From the NCBI GenBank assembly GCA_963766735.1, contig CAVYBU010000008.1:1-64000 (forward strand): 64,000 nucleotides of DNA, in the 5' to 3' direction. The notes beneath the pieces were generated by a model that ran no database searches, was not told the origin of the DNA, and worked only from the letters and a program-made list of their open reading frames with translations. Of the stretch, positions 38,849 to 50,494 are shown piece by piece. Origin of the DNA: an uncultured Chloroflexia bacterium (GTDB taxonomy: Bacteria > Chloroflexota > Limnocylindria > Limnocylindrales > CSP1-4). Position 1 is the stretch's first letter, and each line of letters opens with the position of its first letter. A program made the translations under genes and the position numbers.

Positions 38849-38925
38849 CGCGCCGGAGATCCGACAGGATCACCGGGCGGTGAGGCCCTGTCTGCGAGCA
38901 CCCCCGCTCCCGTACGATTGCGGTG

Positions 38926-40390
38926 ATGGCCCTCCCGATTGCCCGCCGGGCGACACGCGTCTCACTCCCGCTCGTGGGTGCGTTCGTCGTGGGCGCGATC
39001 GCCTACGGCGGCCTCTACACGTTCCCTGCCCTGTCGGTTGCGTTCGCGGCGGAGTTCGGGATCAGCCGGACGCTGGCGGTTGCCCCGTGGACGATGTTCC
39101 TGGTGGTGACGGCCATCGCGAGCCCGCTCCTGGGCCGGGCCTACGACGAGTGGGCGGACCGGGACCTCCTGACGGCGTCGATGGTCCTGCTGGCGGCCGG
39201 CTGGCTCGCGGTCTACCTCGCCCAGGAGATCTCGCTCCTCATCCTCGCCTACGCGGTGTTCATGGCGCTGGGCCTCCAGCTCTCGTTCATCGGGACGTCC
39301 ACCGCGATTGCCCGCCGGTACGAGGGGGTGTCCGGGCTCGCCCTGGGGATCGCCTATGCGGGTCCGGGGATCGGGGTGGCGATCGCCCTCCCGGTCGCAG
39401 CCGGCCTGATCGCCACCGCCGGCTGGCGCTCGACATCCCTCGTCTTCCTTGCCACGTGCCTCGTCGGCGTGGTGTTCGTCTGGCTCATGACGAGCGGCCC
39501 GGCCATCGTCGTGCCGACGCGCAGGACGGACAGGCGGCGCACGACGGCCCCCTCCGACGTGATGGGTGCCGCACCACCGGCCGCCCCCACCGTCGCAGGC
39601 CCATCGCACTCGGCCCAGCCGCCCGTCGCTGGCGATCGGGGAGCCCATGAGCGCAGGCCAGCTCGACGTCCGGGAAACCGAGGCGGTGCAGGCCGCCCAC
39701 GCCTTGGGTCTCCACGAGACGTCGGCACCGGGGGCCGTGTCGGCCGCCCGCGAGGTCCTGCCCGTGGGCAGCGGCGAGCACCGCCACGGCATCCGGCGCG
39801 TCGTCCGGACCCGGCGCTTCTGGATCCTGTTCGCAGGCGCGGCCGCGATCGGGATCTTCGACGAGGGCGTCCTCCAGGCATTCATCCCGAGCGCCGTCCA
39901 GAGCGGACTCGGTGCCGGCTGGGCGGCCACCGCGCTCGGGCTCCAGTCGCTCGCCTACGTCGGCGGCCAGATCGTCGGCGGCTGGCTGTCCGACCACGTG
40001 GACCGGCGGATCGTCGGCGTCACCGCGGCGGCGGCCATCGGCGGCGGCGTCGTGGCGGCCCTCGGCGTCGTCGGGTCCGTGCCCACGCTCGCGGTCGCCG
40101 GGATCATCGTTCACGGGATCGGGACCGGGGCGACGATCGCCGTCCGGTCGGCTGCATTCGGGGACGTGTTCGGCGGCCCCAACTTCGGGACGATCTTCGG
40201 CCTGCTCAGCGTCGCCTACCCGATCGGCGGGACGTTCGCGGTCTACTTCGGCGCGATCGCGCTCGATGCGACCGGGTCGTACGCGCCGCTCATCCCGGTG
40301 GTCGTCGCCGCGCTCGTCGTGTGGTCGGTCGCCCTCTGGATCGCGGGTCCGCGGCGGGCCCGCGGGCCGGCACGCGGGTCGCCGGCCTGA
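38926..40390 (+). CDS. MFS transporter (frameshift ~39600)
   Basis: Two 6-TM halves in different frames; GWLSDHVDRR. Confidence 0.78.
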
Positions 40391-40432
40391 CGGCCCGGCC
40401 CCGATGGGGCTGCGAGCGCTGGGCGGAGCGCG

Positions 40433-43150
40433 TCATCCGGGAACGCGGGCGTCGGCCCGGTCTCTGGCGACACGCGAGGACCGACGGCGCAGGAACCACT
40501 TCTCGATCTCCACGCCGATGAACGCCGCCGGTGACGCCGCGAGCATCACGCCCAACTCGACCGGAGACAGCGCCTCCGTCTCGAAGATTGCCTGGAACGG
40601 CGGCACGTAGATGATCGCAAGCTGGACCACCACGATCGCTGCGACCGCCGCGAGAAGCGGCTTGTTCGTCCGCCAGCCGAGCCGGAAGGTGCTCTCCCGC
40701 TCTGAGCGTACCGCGAGCGCATGCCCGAGCTGGAGGAACGCGAGCGTTGTGAACACCATCGTCTGCCAGTGCCAGCCGACGCTGATCGAGAAGGCCTGGA
40801 TGGCCAGCGTGACCCCGCCCATGAGCAAGCCGACCCACAGCGCGTGCTGCCACAGCCCACGCGCGAAGATCGACTCCGACTGCGGGCGCGGAGGCCGCCG
40901 CATCGTGTCAGGTTCGACCGGCTCGACGCCGAGGGCAAGCGCAGGCGGGCCGTCGGTCACGAGGTTGATCCACAGGATGTGGATCGGCAGCAGCGGTATC
41001 GGGAGGCCGGCGAACGGGGCGAGGAACATCACCCAGATCTCGGCCGAATTGGTCGTCAGCAGGTAGCGGATGAAGCGCCGGATGTTGTCGTAGATTCGGC
41101 GACCTTCCTCGATGGCAGCCACGATCGTCGCGAAGTTGTCATCGGCGAGGACCATGTCGGCCGCTTCCTTGCTGACCTCGGTCCCGGTGATCCCCATTGC
41201 GATACCGATGTCGGCGAGCTTGAGAGCCGGCGCGTCATTGACGCCGTCGCCGGTCATGGCAACGACGGCTCCGCGCGACTTCCAGGCCTTGACGATCCGA
41301 AGCTTCTGCTCGGGGTTGGTCCGTGCGTAGACCGCGACCTCGTCCACGACGCGGTCGAACGCCGCATCGTCCATCTCCTCGAGCTCGGCGCCGGTCATGA
41401 CCTTCGCATCGCCCGCGAGGATGTCCAGCCGACGGGCGATCGCAACGGCGGTCAGGGCATGGTCACCGGTGATCATGATCGGCGTGATTCCCGCGCCACG
41501 AGCGGCCGCGACCGCATCCACGACCTCGGGCCGCGGCGGGTCGGCCATGGCCACGATGCCCAGCAGGGAGAGCCGCTCCTCTGCCAATTCGACCGTGCTC
41601 GGGATTGCGTCGAGGGTCCGCTCGGCGATCGCGAGCACGCGGTAGCCATTGGCCGCGTGCCGCTCGGCAACGTCGCGCGCGCTGGCCCAGATCCCCTCAG
41701 CCTCAGGGCCTGCCAGGGGCGCCAGCGCCTCGACGGCGCCCTTCACGGCAACCCAGATGTGGTCGCCGTCCCGGTGGAGCGTCGACATCCGTCGCCGGCT
41801 GCTGTCGAACGCGACCTCGGCCACGCGAGGGTGGTCCGATTCGAATTCGCCCCGGAACACGCCGAGCTTGCCGGCGAACGCGAGCAAGGCCCCCTCGGTC
41901 GGGTCGCCCGCGAGCGTCCACGGGTCGCCGTGGTGCGCCGGAGCGCGGAGGCTGGCGTCGTTGCAGGCTGCGGCAGCGCGCGCGAGCCGCGGCAGGTAGG
42001 GGTCGGTGGCGGGATCGGTATCGCCCACGATGTCGCCGGCCGGTTCGTAGCCGGAACCCGAGACCTGGTACTCCGCGGCGGGCGTCCAGACCCGCTCCAC
42101 GAGCATGCGGTTCTGGGTGAGGGTGCCCGTCTTGTCCGAGCAGATGACGTTGACCGAACCAAGCGTCTCGACCGCCGGCAGCTTGCGGGCAAGGGCGCGT
42201 CGCCGGGCCATGCGATGGGCGCCCAGGGCGAGGGAGATCGTCACGATAGCCGGGAGTCCCTCCGGGATCGCTGCCACGGCCAGGCTCACGGCCGTGAGGA
42301 ACATCAGCTCGACCAATTCGCCGCGCGCGACGCCGGCGGCGAACACGATGGCGCACACGATCAGGGCGGCCACGCCCAGCCGCTTGCCGAGCGTCGAGAG
42401 CCGGCGCTGGAGGGGCGTCGGGCCGGCGGAGTGTTCCTGGAGCAGATCGGCGATCCGTCCCAGCGCGGTCGCCATCCCGGTCCCGGTGACGATGCCCGTC
42501 CCCCGGCCGTAGGTGACCGCCGTGCCTTTGAAGGCCATGTTCCGCTGGTCGGCCAGCAGCGCGTCCGAGACGTTCGGCAGGGCGGCGACCGTCTTGGAGG
42601 CAGGCTCCGATTCGCCGGTGAGCGCCGCCTCGTTGATGCGCAGCGCGATCGCTTCGATCAACCGCAGATCCGCCGCCACGATGTCACCGGTCTCCAGCCG
42701 CACGACGTCACCGGGCACAAGGTCGCCTGCCGTGATCACGTCGATCTGGCCGTCGCGGAGGACTCGGGCACCGGGACTCGTCATCTGCTTGAGAGCGGCC
42801 ATGGCCCGCTCGGCACGGTACTCCTGGATGAACCCGATGATGCCGTTGAGGAAGACGATCGCCATGATGACGACGGTGTCCTTGAGGTCGCCGATGAGCG
42901 CGGTGACGAGCGCCGCGATCATGAGCACGACGATCATCGTGTTCGTGAACTGCTCCGCGAACAGGCGCCAGGTCGGCTTGCGGTCGCGTTCGATGAGCTC
43001 GTTCGGACCGAAGCGGGCAAGCCGGCTGGCCGCCTCGGCGGCGTCGAGTCCAGTGTCCAGGTTCGACCCCAGCGCCTCTGTCACGAGCGCGGGCTCCTCG
43101 GTCCACGGCCTGAACGGCGTCGCGGCTGCAATGCTCGTCGGAACGGTCAA
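40433..43150 (-). CDS. Cation-transporting P-type ATPase (type II, Ca2+-like)
   Basis: LTGES, IPEGL, DKTGT, TGDGVND. Confidence 0.95.
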   Translation of the reverse strand: MTVPTSIAAATPFRPWTEEPALVTEALGSNLDTGLDAAEAASRLARFGPNELIERDRKPTWRLFAEQFTNTMIVVLMIAALVTALIGDLKDTVVIMAIVFLNGIIGFIQEYRAERAMAALKQMTSPGARVLRDGQIDVITAGDLVPGDVVRLETGDIVAADLRLIEAIALRINEAALTGESEPASKTVAALPNVSDALLADQRNMAFKGTAVTYGRGTGIVTGTGMATALGRIADLLQEHSAGPTPLQRRLSTLGKRLGVAALIVCAIVFAAGVARGELVELMFLTAVSLAVAAIPEGLPAIVTISLALGAHRMARRRALARKLPAVETLGSVNVICSDKTGTLTQNRMLVERVWTPAAEYQVSGSGYEPAGDIVGDTDPATDPYLPRLARAAAACNDASLRAPAHHGDPWTLAGDPTEGALLAFAGKLGVFRGEFESDHPRVAEVAFDSSRRRMSTLHRDGDHIWVAVKGAVEALAPLAGPEAEGIWASARDVAERHAANGYRVLAIAERTLDAIPSTVELAEERLSLLGIVAMADPPRPEVVDAVAAARGAGITPIMITGDHALTAVAIARRLDILAGDAKVMTGAELEEMDDAAFDRVVDEVAVYARTNPEQKLRIVKAWKSRGAVVAMTGDGVNDAPALKLADIGIAMGITGTEVSKEAADMVLADDNFATIVAAIEEGRRIYDNIRRFIRYLLTTNSAEIWVMFLAPFAGLPIPLLPIHILWINLVTDGPPALALGVEPVEPDTMRRPPRPQSESIFARGLWQHALWVGLLMGGVTLAIQAFSISVGWHWQTMVFTTLAFLQLGHALAVRSERESTFRLGWRTNKPLLAAVAAIVVVQLAIIYVPPFQAIFETEALSPVELGVMLAASPAAFIGVEIEKWFLRRRSSRVARDRADARVPG

Positions 43151-44178
43151 GTCGATGCCCTCCAGAGCGCGCCGAGCAGGAACACGTACGTCACGAGGAC
43201 GAGGATCGCGTCGGGCTCGAGTCGGCGGATCCGCGTGCGGGTGCCGTGAACCACGGCGGCAAGAGCGATGGCCATCAGCAGGATTGCGCCGACTCCGGCG
43301 ATGACCTGGGAAGGGTCAACCGCGGCCAGGATGGGACCCGGCACATAGGCCACGTCGGCGGCGAACAGGACCGTCACGTTGAAGGCATTGCTGCCGAACA
43401 GGTTGCCGACGGCCAGGTCGTAGGCGCCGATCCGAACGGCGGCGACGGAGGCCACGAGCTCGGGCAGCGACGTAGCCGCCGCGAGCAGGAGTGCGCCGAC
43501 GAAGGTCTGGCCCACGCCCGTCTGATCGGCGATCCCCTTGCCCGACACCGCGAGCAACGGGGCCGCGATCAGGATGATCAGGGCTGCAACGGCGAACCGT
43601 CCGACCTCGTAGCGCAGGCTGTGCCCGGCCTCCCCCTCACGCCCCCAGCCGGTGGGCGCCACAATTTCTGCGGTCGGTCGCGCAGCCGGCGCGCCCTCAC
43701 CGCGGGAGCGATGCATCCAGGTGGCCGCGGCGACATAGGCGACCACGATGAGAACCGTCTCGATCCCTACCCAGCCGATCGCCACGCCGGACGGACTGAG
43801 GATCGCGAGCACGGCGAACGACGTGAGACCGACTGCGATCGCCGCCAGTCGGGCGTGGCCGAGGCCGACGCCGGGCCACACGCGGCCGCGGTGCGCGAGG
43901 TCGATGATCGCGAGGATGGCCATGTTCGCCATGCTGCTCCCGAACAGGTCCCCGACCGCTAGGTCGGGCGCGTTCGCGAGCGCCGCGCTGATGTCCGTTG
44001 CGAGCTCGGGGAGTGAGGTGGCCCCGGCGAGCAACAGCATGCCCACCAGCAACCCGCCGAGACCCGTCCGGGTGGCGATCTCGTCGCCCGCGCGCGCGAG
44101 CAGCGTGCCTGCGCCGACGACGAACACGCCGGACAGCGCGAACAGCGCGACCCACTGCCAGAGAAGGAGAGGCCCCAC
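43147..44178 (-). CDS. Na+/Ca2+ antiporter (CaCA family)
   Basis: Two ATSLPEL..GxLFGS alpha repeats. Confidence 0.9.
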   Translation of the reverse strand: MGPLLLWQWVALFALSGVFVVGAGTLLARAGDEIATRTGLGGLLVGMLLLAGATSLPELATDISAALANAPDLAVGDLFGSSMANMAILAIIDLAHRGRVWPGVGLGHARLAAIAVGLTSFAVLAILSPSGVAIGWVGIETVLIVVAYVAAATWMHRSRGEGAPAARPTAEIVAPTGWGREGEAGHSLRYEVGRFAVAALIILIAAPLLAVSGKGIADQTGVGQTFVGALLLAAATSLPELVASVAAVRIGAYDLAVGNLFGSNAFNVTVLFAADVAYVPGPILAAVDPSQVIAGVGAILLMAIALAAVVHGTRTRIRRLEPDAILVLVTYVFLLGALWRAST

Positions 44179-45114
44179 TCACTGGTCTCCGTGCGATATC
44201 AGTGGGTGCGGGACGATGAGGACCGAGGTCGGCGCGTACCGGGCGACCTTCTCGGCGAACGGGTCCTGGCCTCGCCGTCGGGGCGGTCGAGCAGCGACGA
44301 TCAGGTCGGGAGCGAGCCGCTCGGCTGCCTGAAGCGTGCCCTCCAGGGGATGACCGAGCTCCATCTCGGTCGTGACCGCGATGGCCTGGCCCCGGAGGCG
44401 CTCTGCGAGCCGATCGAGCGCCGCCATGACATCGGTCCGCAGGAGCCCGGTCACCTCCGTCGCGAGCTCGGGTCGGCCGGTCTCGACACCTGCCGCGACG
44501 CCGAACAGACCGAGAAGCGTCACCTTCGCCGTCCTGACCCAGCCGGCCGCAATCAACCAGTCGATCGCGGACTCCACCGCGAGCGACCCGTCGACGAGGA
44601 CGAGCAAGTGCCCCGGCAGTGATCCCTCGCCATCGGGGGGTCTTCGTGCGACGAGAACGGGTCCGGCCGCCTCGGCGATGATCTGCCGCGAGACGCTGCC
44701 CAGGAGGAGTTGTGCGAGTCCCGACCGGCCGCGGTGCCCCAGCACCAAGAGGTCCGGTCGCTCGGTGGTGACGGCGGCTTCGATCTCGTCGGCCGGATCG
44801 CCCTGGCGCGCCCAGACGTGAACGGTGAGACCGGGGCCCTGGAGACGTTCACCGACTTCGTTGGCGACCCGCTCAGCCGCGAGCAGCTCGCTCTGGCGCA
44901 TCTGTTGGACCGCCTGGCGGACGGCAGTCCGGTACGTCTGCATCCCCCAGCCGAGACGAGTGAGGCCTTCGCCGGCGACGCACAGAACGTCGACGACACA
45001 GGGCCGCGACCAGCGCAGCCGGGCCACCCAGGCCTCGGCACTCCGGGCGGAATCAGAATCGTCGGTCGCAAGCAGGACCCGATAGGCCGTGCTGATCGCC
45101 GTATCCATGGTCAA
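44179..45114 (-). CDS. Universal stress protein (tandem USP)
   Basis: VLLATDDS..GHRGRSG..LLGSVS. Confidence 0.85.
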   Translation of the reverse strand: MTMDTAISTAYRVLLATDDSDSARSAEAWVARLRWSRPCVVDVLCVAGEGLTRLGWGMQTYRTAVRQAVQQMRQSELLAAERVANEVGERLQGPGLTVHVWARQGDPADEIEAAVTTERPDLLVLGHRGRSGLAQLLLGSVSRQIIAEAAGPVLVARRPPDGEGSLPGHLLVLVDGSLAVESAIDWLIAAGWVRTAKVTLLGLFGVAAGVETGRPELATEVTGLLRTDVMAALDRLAERLRGQAIAVTTEMELGHPLEGTLQAAERLAPDLIVAARPPRRRGQDPFAEKVARYAPTSVLIVPHPLISHGDQ

Positions 45115-46019
45115 CCTCCGATTCTTCGTGCGACGAGGACGCTCGTCGGCGGCTGCGTCACGAGGGCGGCGCTCGTGCTGCCCAGGAAGAATCGCTGGAT
45201 CGCCGAGAGGCCCCGCGAGCCCACGACCAGGAGATCGGCGGACAGCTCGCTGGCGACGACGGCCAGCTGCTCATGTGCTGGGCCACACGCCGTCCGCTGC
45301 GTCGTTGCTGCGCCCCGCTCGCGGAGCCGCCCCGCGGCGACCACGGCCATCGCCTCCGCGGCCTCGCGCGCCCAGCGCAGGCTGTCGGTGTAGGCGGCGT
45401 GGACCTGGCCCACCATCGTCGGCGCCAGTCCGGAGCTCAGCGGCCGAACGACATCGTAGGTGGAGCACACGGTCAGCATCGTCTCCTCGCGGAAGGGCAA
45501 CCTGGCCACGAGCTCGAGTGCCTCGTCCGCGTCGGGGGACGCGTCGTAGCCGAGGAGGACCGAGCGGATCGGGCCTGCAGACCGCGCGACCAGGACCGGG
45601 GTCTGCGCGTACCTGGCGACCTTCCCGGAGACCGTGCCGACGACGTGCGCACGCAGCCCGCCGAGACCCCGGGTGCCGAGGACGATCAGGTCGGACTCAA
45701 CGGCGATGGCACGGGTCACGATCGTCTCGGCCGGGTGACCCTCGGAGATCGTCTCGAACGTCTCGAACCCGGCGGACCGCAGTTGCTCCGCCGCTCCATG
45801 AACGCGTCGCTCCGCCTCGTCCCCGCGGCGCCGCTCCAGCAGTGCGAGTGGAGCCCGTGCGGATCCGGCATCCGGCTCGCCGCCACCCCGGGGGGTCACC
45901 GAAATCACCTCCACGGTGGTCCCGGCAGGCTGGAAGCTCGATACAAGCATCTGCAGGGCCTGTCCCGCCCCGGTCGAGCCATCGGTCGCGAACAGGATGC
46001 GCAAGGCGGCCATCGTCAC
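45111..46019 (-). CDS. Universal stress protein (tandem USP)
   Basis: ILFATDGS..GTRGLGG..GSRGLS..FLGSTS. Confidence 0.88.
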   Translation of the reverse strand: MTMAALRILFATDGSTGAGQALQMLVSSFQPAGTTVEVISVTPRGGGEPDAGSARAPLALLERRRGDEAERRVHGAAEQLRSAGFETFETISEGHPAETIVTRAIAVESDLIVLGTRGLGGLRAHVVGTVSGKVARYAQTPVLVARSAGPIRSVLLGYDASPDADEALELVARLPFREETMLTVCSTYDVVRPLSSGLAPTMVGQVHAAYTDSLRWAREAAEAMAVVAAGRLRERGAATTQRTACGPAHEQLAVVASELSADLLVVGSRGLSAIQRFFLGSTSAALVTQPPTSVLVARRIGG

Positions 46020-46372
46020 GAGCCTCGGAGCTCGTCGTTGCCGGCCCGGTCATCTCCCCGCGAACGAGGTCGAGACCGGACGAGGACAGACCGCGGGCAG
46101 ACAGGAACCCGATGGGATGCGTCGCCCGAGCGACAGGCGATGCCTTCGGGCGGAGTGGTCATGCGGATGTCTCCGACGCGACTCTTCCGTCCGAAAGTCT
46201 CCCCGGCTCGCCATCGCGGACCGGCGCCGGCGGGCCATGTGGCCGAGATGTCGCCGGGTGCCTGGCGGGTACTCCCCTTCGGTACTGACCAGATTATCGG
46301 GACTCTTGTGTCATGTCAACAAGATCTGTACGCTGGGTGGATCCACTGGATTCATGGCTGCGAGGTAGATAG

Positions 46373-46699
46373 ATGGAGGAATTGGAAGACCACGCGGACG
46401 GCTCGTGGACCTTCCTCACGAACCATGCTCACGTTCTGGTCTGTCTGAGCATCGATCCGACGCTCCGCGTGCGGGACCTGGCGGATCGAGTCGGCATCAC
46501 CGAGCGCGCCGCGCATCGGATCCTGACCGGGCTGGCCCGAGCCGGATACCTGGCGAAGGAGCGTCAGGGTCGACGCACTCGATATCGCCTGAACCTCGAC
46601 CACCCGATGCGCCACCCGCTCGAGCGGTCGAGGCCCGTGGGCGCGCTCCTCGAAGCGCTGGCTATTGTGGACAAGGCAGGGGAGGGTCCTCCGGGGTGA
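46373..46699 (+). CDS. Winged-HTH regulator
   Basis: WTFLTNHAHVL..RDLADRVGITERA..GRRTRY..MRHPLE. Confidence 0.85.
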   Translation: MEELEDHADGSWTFLTNHAHVLVCLSIDPTLRVRDLADRVGITERAAHRILTGLARAGYLAKERQGRRTRYRLNLDHPMRHPLERSRPVGALLEALAIVDKAGEGPPG

Positions 46700-46848
46700 C
46701 CCCAAGAGGCGACCGATCGCCGCCGGTCCGAGAGCGCAGTTCCGACGGCCGAGACCGTGCCATCCAGCGACACATCCGGAGCGCGACGAGTGGGTATGCT
46801 GGGGATCCCAAGAGGCGATCGCCTCGACACACCGGACTGAGGCAGGAC

Positions 46849-48747
46849 ATGTCGAGCGAGTTCACCGGCCGAATCCTTCACGTGAACCTCACAACCGGGT
46901 CGATTGAGATCGAGACCCCGCCCGAGTCGTTCTATCGGACGTATCTCGGCGGCTCCGCGATGGGCCTGTATTACATCCTGCGTGACGTGCCCGCCGGGAC
47001 GGATGGCCTGGATCCGGCCAACGTCCTGACGATGATGGACAGCGTGCTTACCGGGGCGCCCATCGCCGGCCAGAGCCGGATGACGATCAGCGCCCGCTCC
47101 CCCCTCACGGACGGCATCGGCGACAGCCAGGGCGGTGGCTTCTTCCCGGCCGAGCTGCGGTTCGCGGGGTTCACGGGGATCGTGATCAAGGGGCGGTCTC
47201 CGGAGCCCGTGTACCTGTGGGTCCACGACGGCGAGGCCGAGCTGCGACCGGCCGGTCACCTGTGGGGAACGACGACGTCGCAGGTGACCGACTCCTCAAG
47301 GCAGAGCTCGACGACGCCAAGGATCGAGGTCGCCGCGATCGGTCCGGCCGGCGAGAAGGTCGTCCCGCCTGGCCGCGATCATGAGCATGGGCAACCGGGC
47401 CAACGGCCGGACGGGCATGGGTGCCGTGATGGGGTCCAAGAACCTCAAGGCGGTGGCCGTCCGCGGCCACGACACGCAAGGTCCCGATGGCGGACACCGC
47501 GGCGTTCGGCAGGCTCGCGAAGTGGGGCGCCAAGGAGATCCCGAACAACGGCGACGTGCTCGACCTCCGGATCAACGGGACCGAGGGTGTCCTCGAGGGG
47601 CAGCACGCCGCGGGCGGCCTGCCGACCTTCAACTACGGCGCCGGCCAGTTCGAGGGCAACGAGGCCATCGGTGGCGCGACGATGACGGCGACGATCCTCA
47701 AGAACCGGGAGACCTGCTACTCGTGTGCCGTGCGCTGCAAGCGGGCGGTCGAGACGGAGTGGGAGGGACGTCCGGTCGAGGAGCGGCACGGCGGCCCGGA
47801 GTACGAGACGGCCGCCGTCTTCGGTTCCTACTGCGGCGTCGACGACCTCCATGCCATCTCGCTGGCCAACAAGATCTGCAACGAGAACGGTCTCGACACC
47901 ATCGGGACGGGGGCGACCATCGCCTGGGTGATGGACTGCTTCACCCACGGGGTGCTGTCGGAGGCCGAGATCGGCTTTCCTGCGCCGTTCGGGGACGCGA
48001 AGGCCATGATCCGCCTTCTGGAGATGGTCGTGGACCGGGAGGGCATCGGCGACATCCTCGCCAATGGTTCCCGGCGCGCCGCGGGCCTGCTGGGCAAGGG
48101 TGATGACCTCCTGATCACGGTCAAGGGCGCCGAGGCGCCCGCCCACATGCCGCAGGCGAAGCGGTCCCTGGGCGTGATCTACGCCGTGAACCCGTTCGGT
48201 GCCGACCACCAGTCGTCCGAGCACGACGGCAGCATCGAGGAGGGTGCCTCTGACCTCGCGATGGAGCGGCAGGCACTGCTCGGCTTCACGGAGACGGTCC
48301 CGTACGACTCGCTGGGAGCGGAGAAGGTCCGCTACGCGCTCAAGACGCAGCAGCTCTACTCGTTCCTGGACACCGCCGACCTGTGCCAGTTCGTGTGGGG
48401 GCCCGCGTGGTCCCTGTTCGGGCCCCAGGATGCCATCGACACCGTGAAGGCCGTGACCGGCTGGACGGACTTCGACGTGGACGAGCTGATCGAGATCGGC
48501 GAGCGGCGGCTGAACATGCTCCGAGCGTTCAACGCCCGCGAGGGCATCGACCGCAAGGACGACCGGCTGTCCGGCCAAGTTCTTCAGGCCGCTGACCGGG
48601 ACCGGCCCCACCAGGGCGTGGCACTCGATCCCGGCGGTGATCGAGGGGGCCCTGGACGAGTACTACCGTCTCGCAGGCTGGGACGGCCAGACCGGCAACC
48701 CGACGCCCGAGACGCTGGCACGGCTGGGGCTCGACTGGGTCTCGTAG
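46849..48747 (+). CDS. Tungsten aldehyde:ferredoxin oxidoreductase family, copy 1 (several frameshifts)
   Basis: GRILHVNLT, RSPLT, GRTGMGAVMGSKNLKA, CYSCAVRC, GPEYET, spread over several frames. Confidence 0.85.
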
Positions 48748-48828
48748 CCCAGGACGGGCGGTCCACCCGGTGATCGTGGGCGGCTGCGACCCTGTCGCGG
48801 CCACCCACATGCATGCCAGGAGCCGGGA

Positions 48829-49789
48829 ATGCAAGACGGGGATGGAGTACGCGCGCACCCCGCCAGGCGCGTTCGGCGCCTCGGCATCGTCATCGTCGCG
48901 GTGCTGCTCGCCGCCTGTGCCGGCACCGCCGCGTCACCGGCCTCGACCAGCGGCCCGCGGCCACCCCCGCGGCCCCCGCCACCACCGCGCCCACGAGCGC
49001 CCCGTCGCCGCGGCCTCGCGCGACATCATTCTCGCGACCACCACCTCGACCCAGGATTCCGGGTCTCCTCGACGTCCTCGTCCCGGCCTTCGAGCAGGCG
49101 ACCGGCTACAACGTGAAGACCGTCGCCGTCGGCAGCGGGGCGGCGCTCAAGCTGGGCGACGGAGGGCAACGCCGACGTGCTGCTGGTCCACTCGCCGGCA
49201 GCCGAGAAGACGTTCATGGAGGCCGGCTTCGGCATCAACCGCCAGCTCGTCATGCACAACACGTTCCTGATTGTCGGTGCACCGCACCGATCCCGCCGGG
49301 ATCATGGGCATGACCTCCGCCGCGGACGCGTTCACCAGGATCGCCGGACACGAAGTCCACCTTCGTCTCGCGCGGTGACGGCTCGGGACCGAGGCCAAGG
49401 AGCAAGGCCACTGGAAGGAAGCCGGCATCACGCCCGAGGGGACTGGTACGTCGCAGTCCGGCCAGGGGATGGGCGCGACGCTGCAGATCGCGTCCGAGAA
49501 GGAGGCTACACCCTGACCGACATGGCAACGTGGCTCGCCACGAGGACGAACCTGGACCTGCGAGGCGATGGTGGAGGCGGATCCCATCCTGCTCAACATC
49601 TACCACATGATCGGCGTGAACCCGGACAAGTGGCCGCAGGTCAACGCCGCCGGTGCCGCCGCGTTCCGCAGTTCGTCCTCTCCGCCGGAGGGACAGACGA
49701 TCATCGGCGAGTTCGGCGTGGACATGTACGGGGAGCAGCTCTTCGTCCCGGATGCCGGTAAGGACGAGGCCACCCTGACGACGTCCTGA
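48829..49789 (+). CDS. tupA: Tungstate ABC transporter substrate-binding lipoprotein (frameshifted)
   Basis: LAAC; ILATTTSTQDSG; VAVGSGAALKLG; DVLLVHSP. Confidence 0.8.
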
Positions 49790-49846
49790 TAGCGGCGGAC
49801 ACGCGCCCGCGTACCCCGACGCGAGCGACGTGACCTCGACCGTGCC

Positions 49847-50494
49847 ATGAGCAGTGACCTCGTCGAGATCACGCTGCTGTCCCTCGCCGTGTCGGGGGCC
49901 GCCACCCTGATCAGCCTGCTGATCGGGCTGCCCATCGGTACCTGGCTCGCGCTGTACCGGTTCCGGTCGCGTCACGTCGTGCTCAGCGTCGTCAACACCG
50001 GGATGGCCCTGCCGCCGGTGGTCGCCGGCCTGTTCATCGCGCTGCTCCTGTGGCGCAGCGGCATCCTCGGCGGGCTCGGCCTGATGTACACGCCCGGCGC
50101 GATGGTGATCGCCGAGGTCGTGATCGCCGCCCCGGTCGTGATGGGCCTGACCGTCGCGGGGCTGGGCCAGCTCGACCCGCGTCTCCATCTCCAGCTGCAG
50201 GGCCTTGGGGCGTCACGCTGGCAGACGGTCTGGTGGCTGTGGCGCGAGGCGCGCCTGCCGCTGCTCGCGGCCGTGATGGCGGCCTTCGGCAGCGTCATCT
50301 CCGAGGTTGGCGCCGCCATGATGGTCGGCGGCAACATCGCCCACGAGACCCGCGTGCTCACGACGGCGATCGTGCTCGAGACGGGGCGCGGCGAGTTCGG
50401 GAACGCCATCGTCCTGGGCCTCGTGCTGCTGGCCCTGGCATTCATGGTGAACGGCGTCCTCACCTGGGCCCAGCAGCGGGGCCCGCGGCGGTGA
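49847..50494 (+). CDS. tupB: Tungstate ABC transporter permease
   Basis: NTGMALPPVVAGL..SEVGAAMMVGGNI..TRVLTTAIVLET. Confidence 0.88.
   Translation: MSSDLVEITLLSLAVSGAATLISLLIGLPIGTWLALYRFRSRHVVLSVVNTGMALPPVVAGLFIALLLWRSGILGGLGLMYTPGAMVIAEVVIAAPVVMGLTVAGLGQLDPRLHLQLQGLGASRWQTVWWLWREARLPLLAAVMAAFGSVISEVGAAMMVGGNIAHETRVLTTAIVLETGRGEFGNAIVLGLVLLALAFMVNGVLTWAQQRGPRR

Noticed and set aside
40721-43249. Long antisense or alternative-frame ORFs (also 2996-4654, 18973-20940, 50784-52619)
   Set aside because: GC-rich shadow ORFs opposite well-supported genes; no motifs.
46700-46848. Moco/Wco riboswitch upstream of AOR
   Set aside because: Could not match the conserved elements by eye.
46849-49789. 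Programmed frameshifting in AOR1 and tupA
   Set aside because: Too many irregular indels and no consistent slippery sites.
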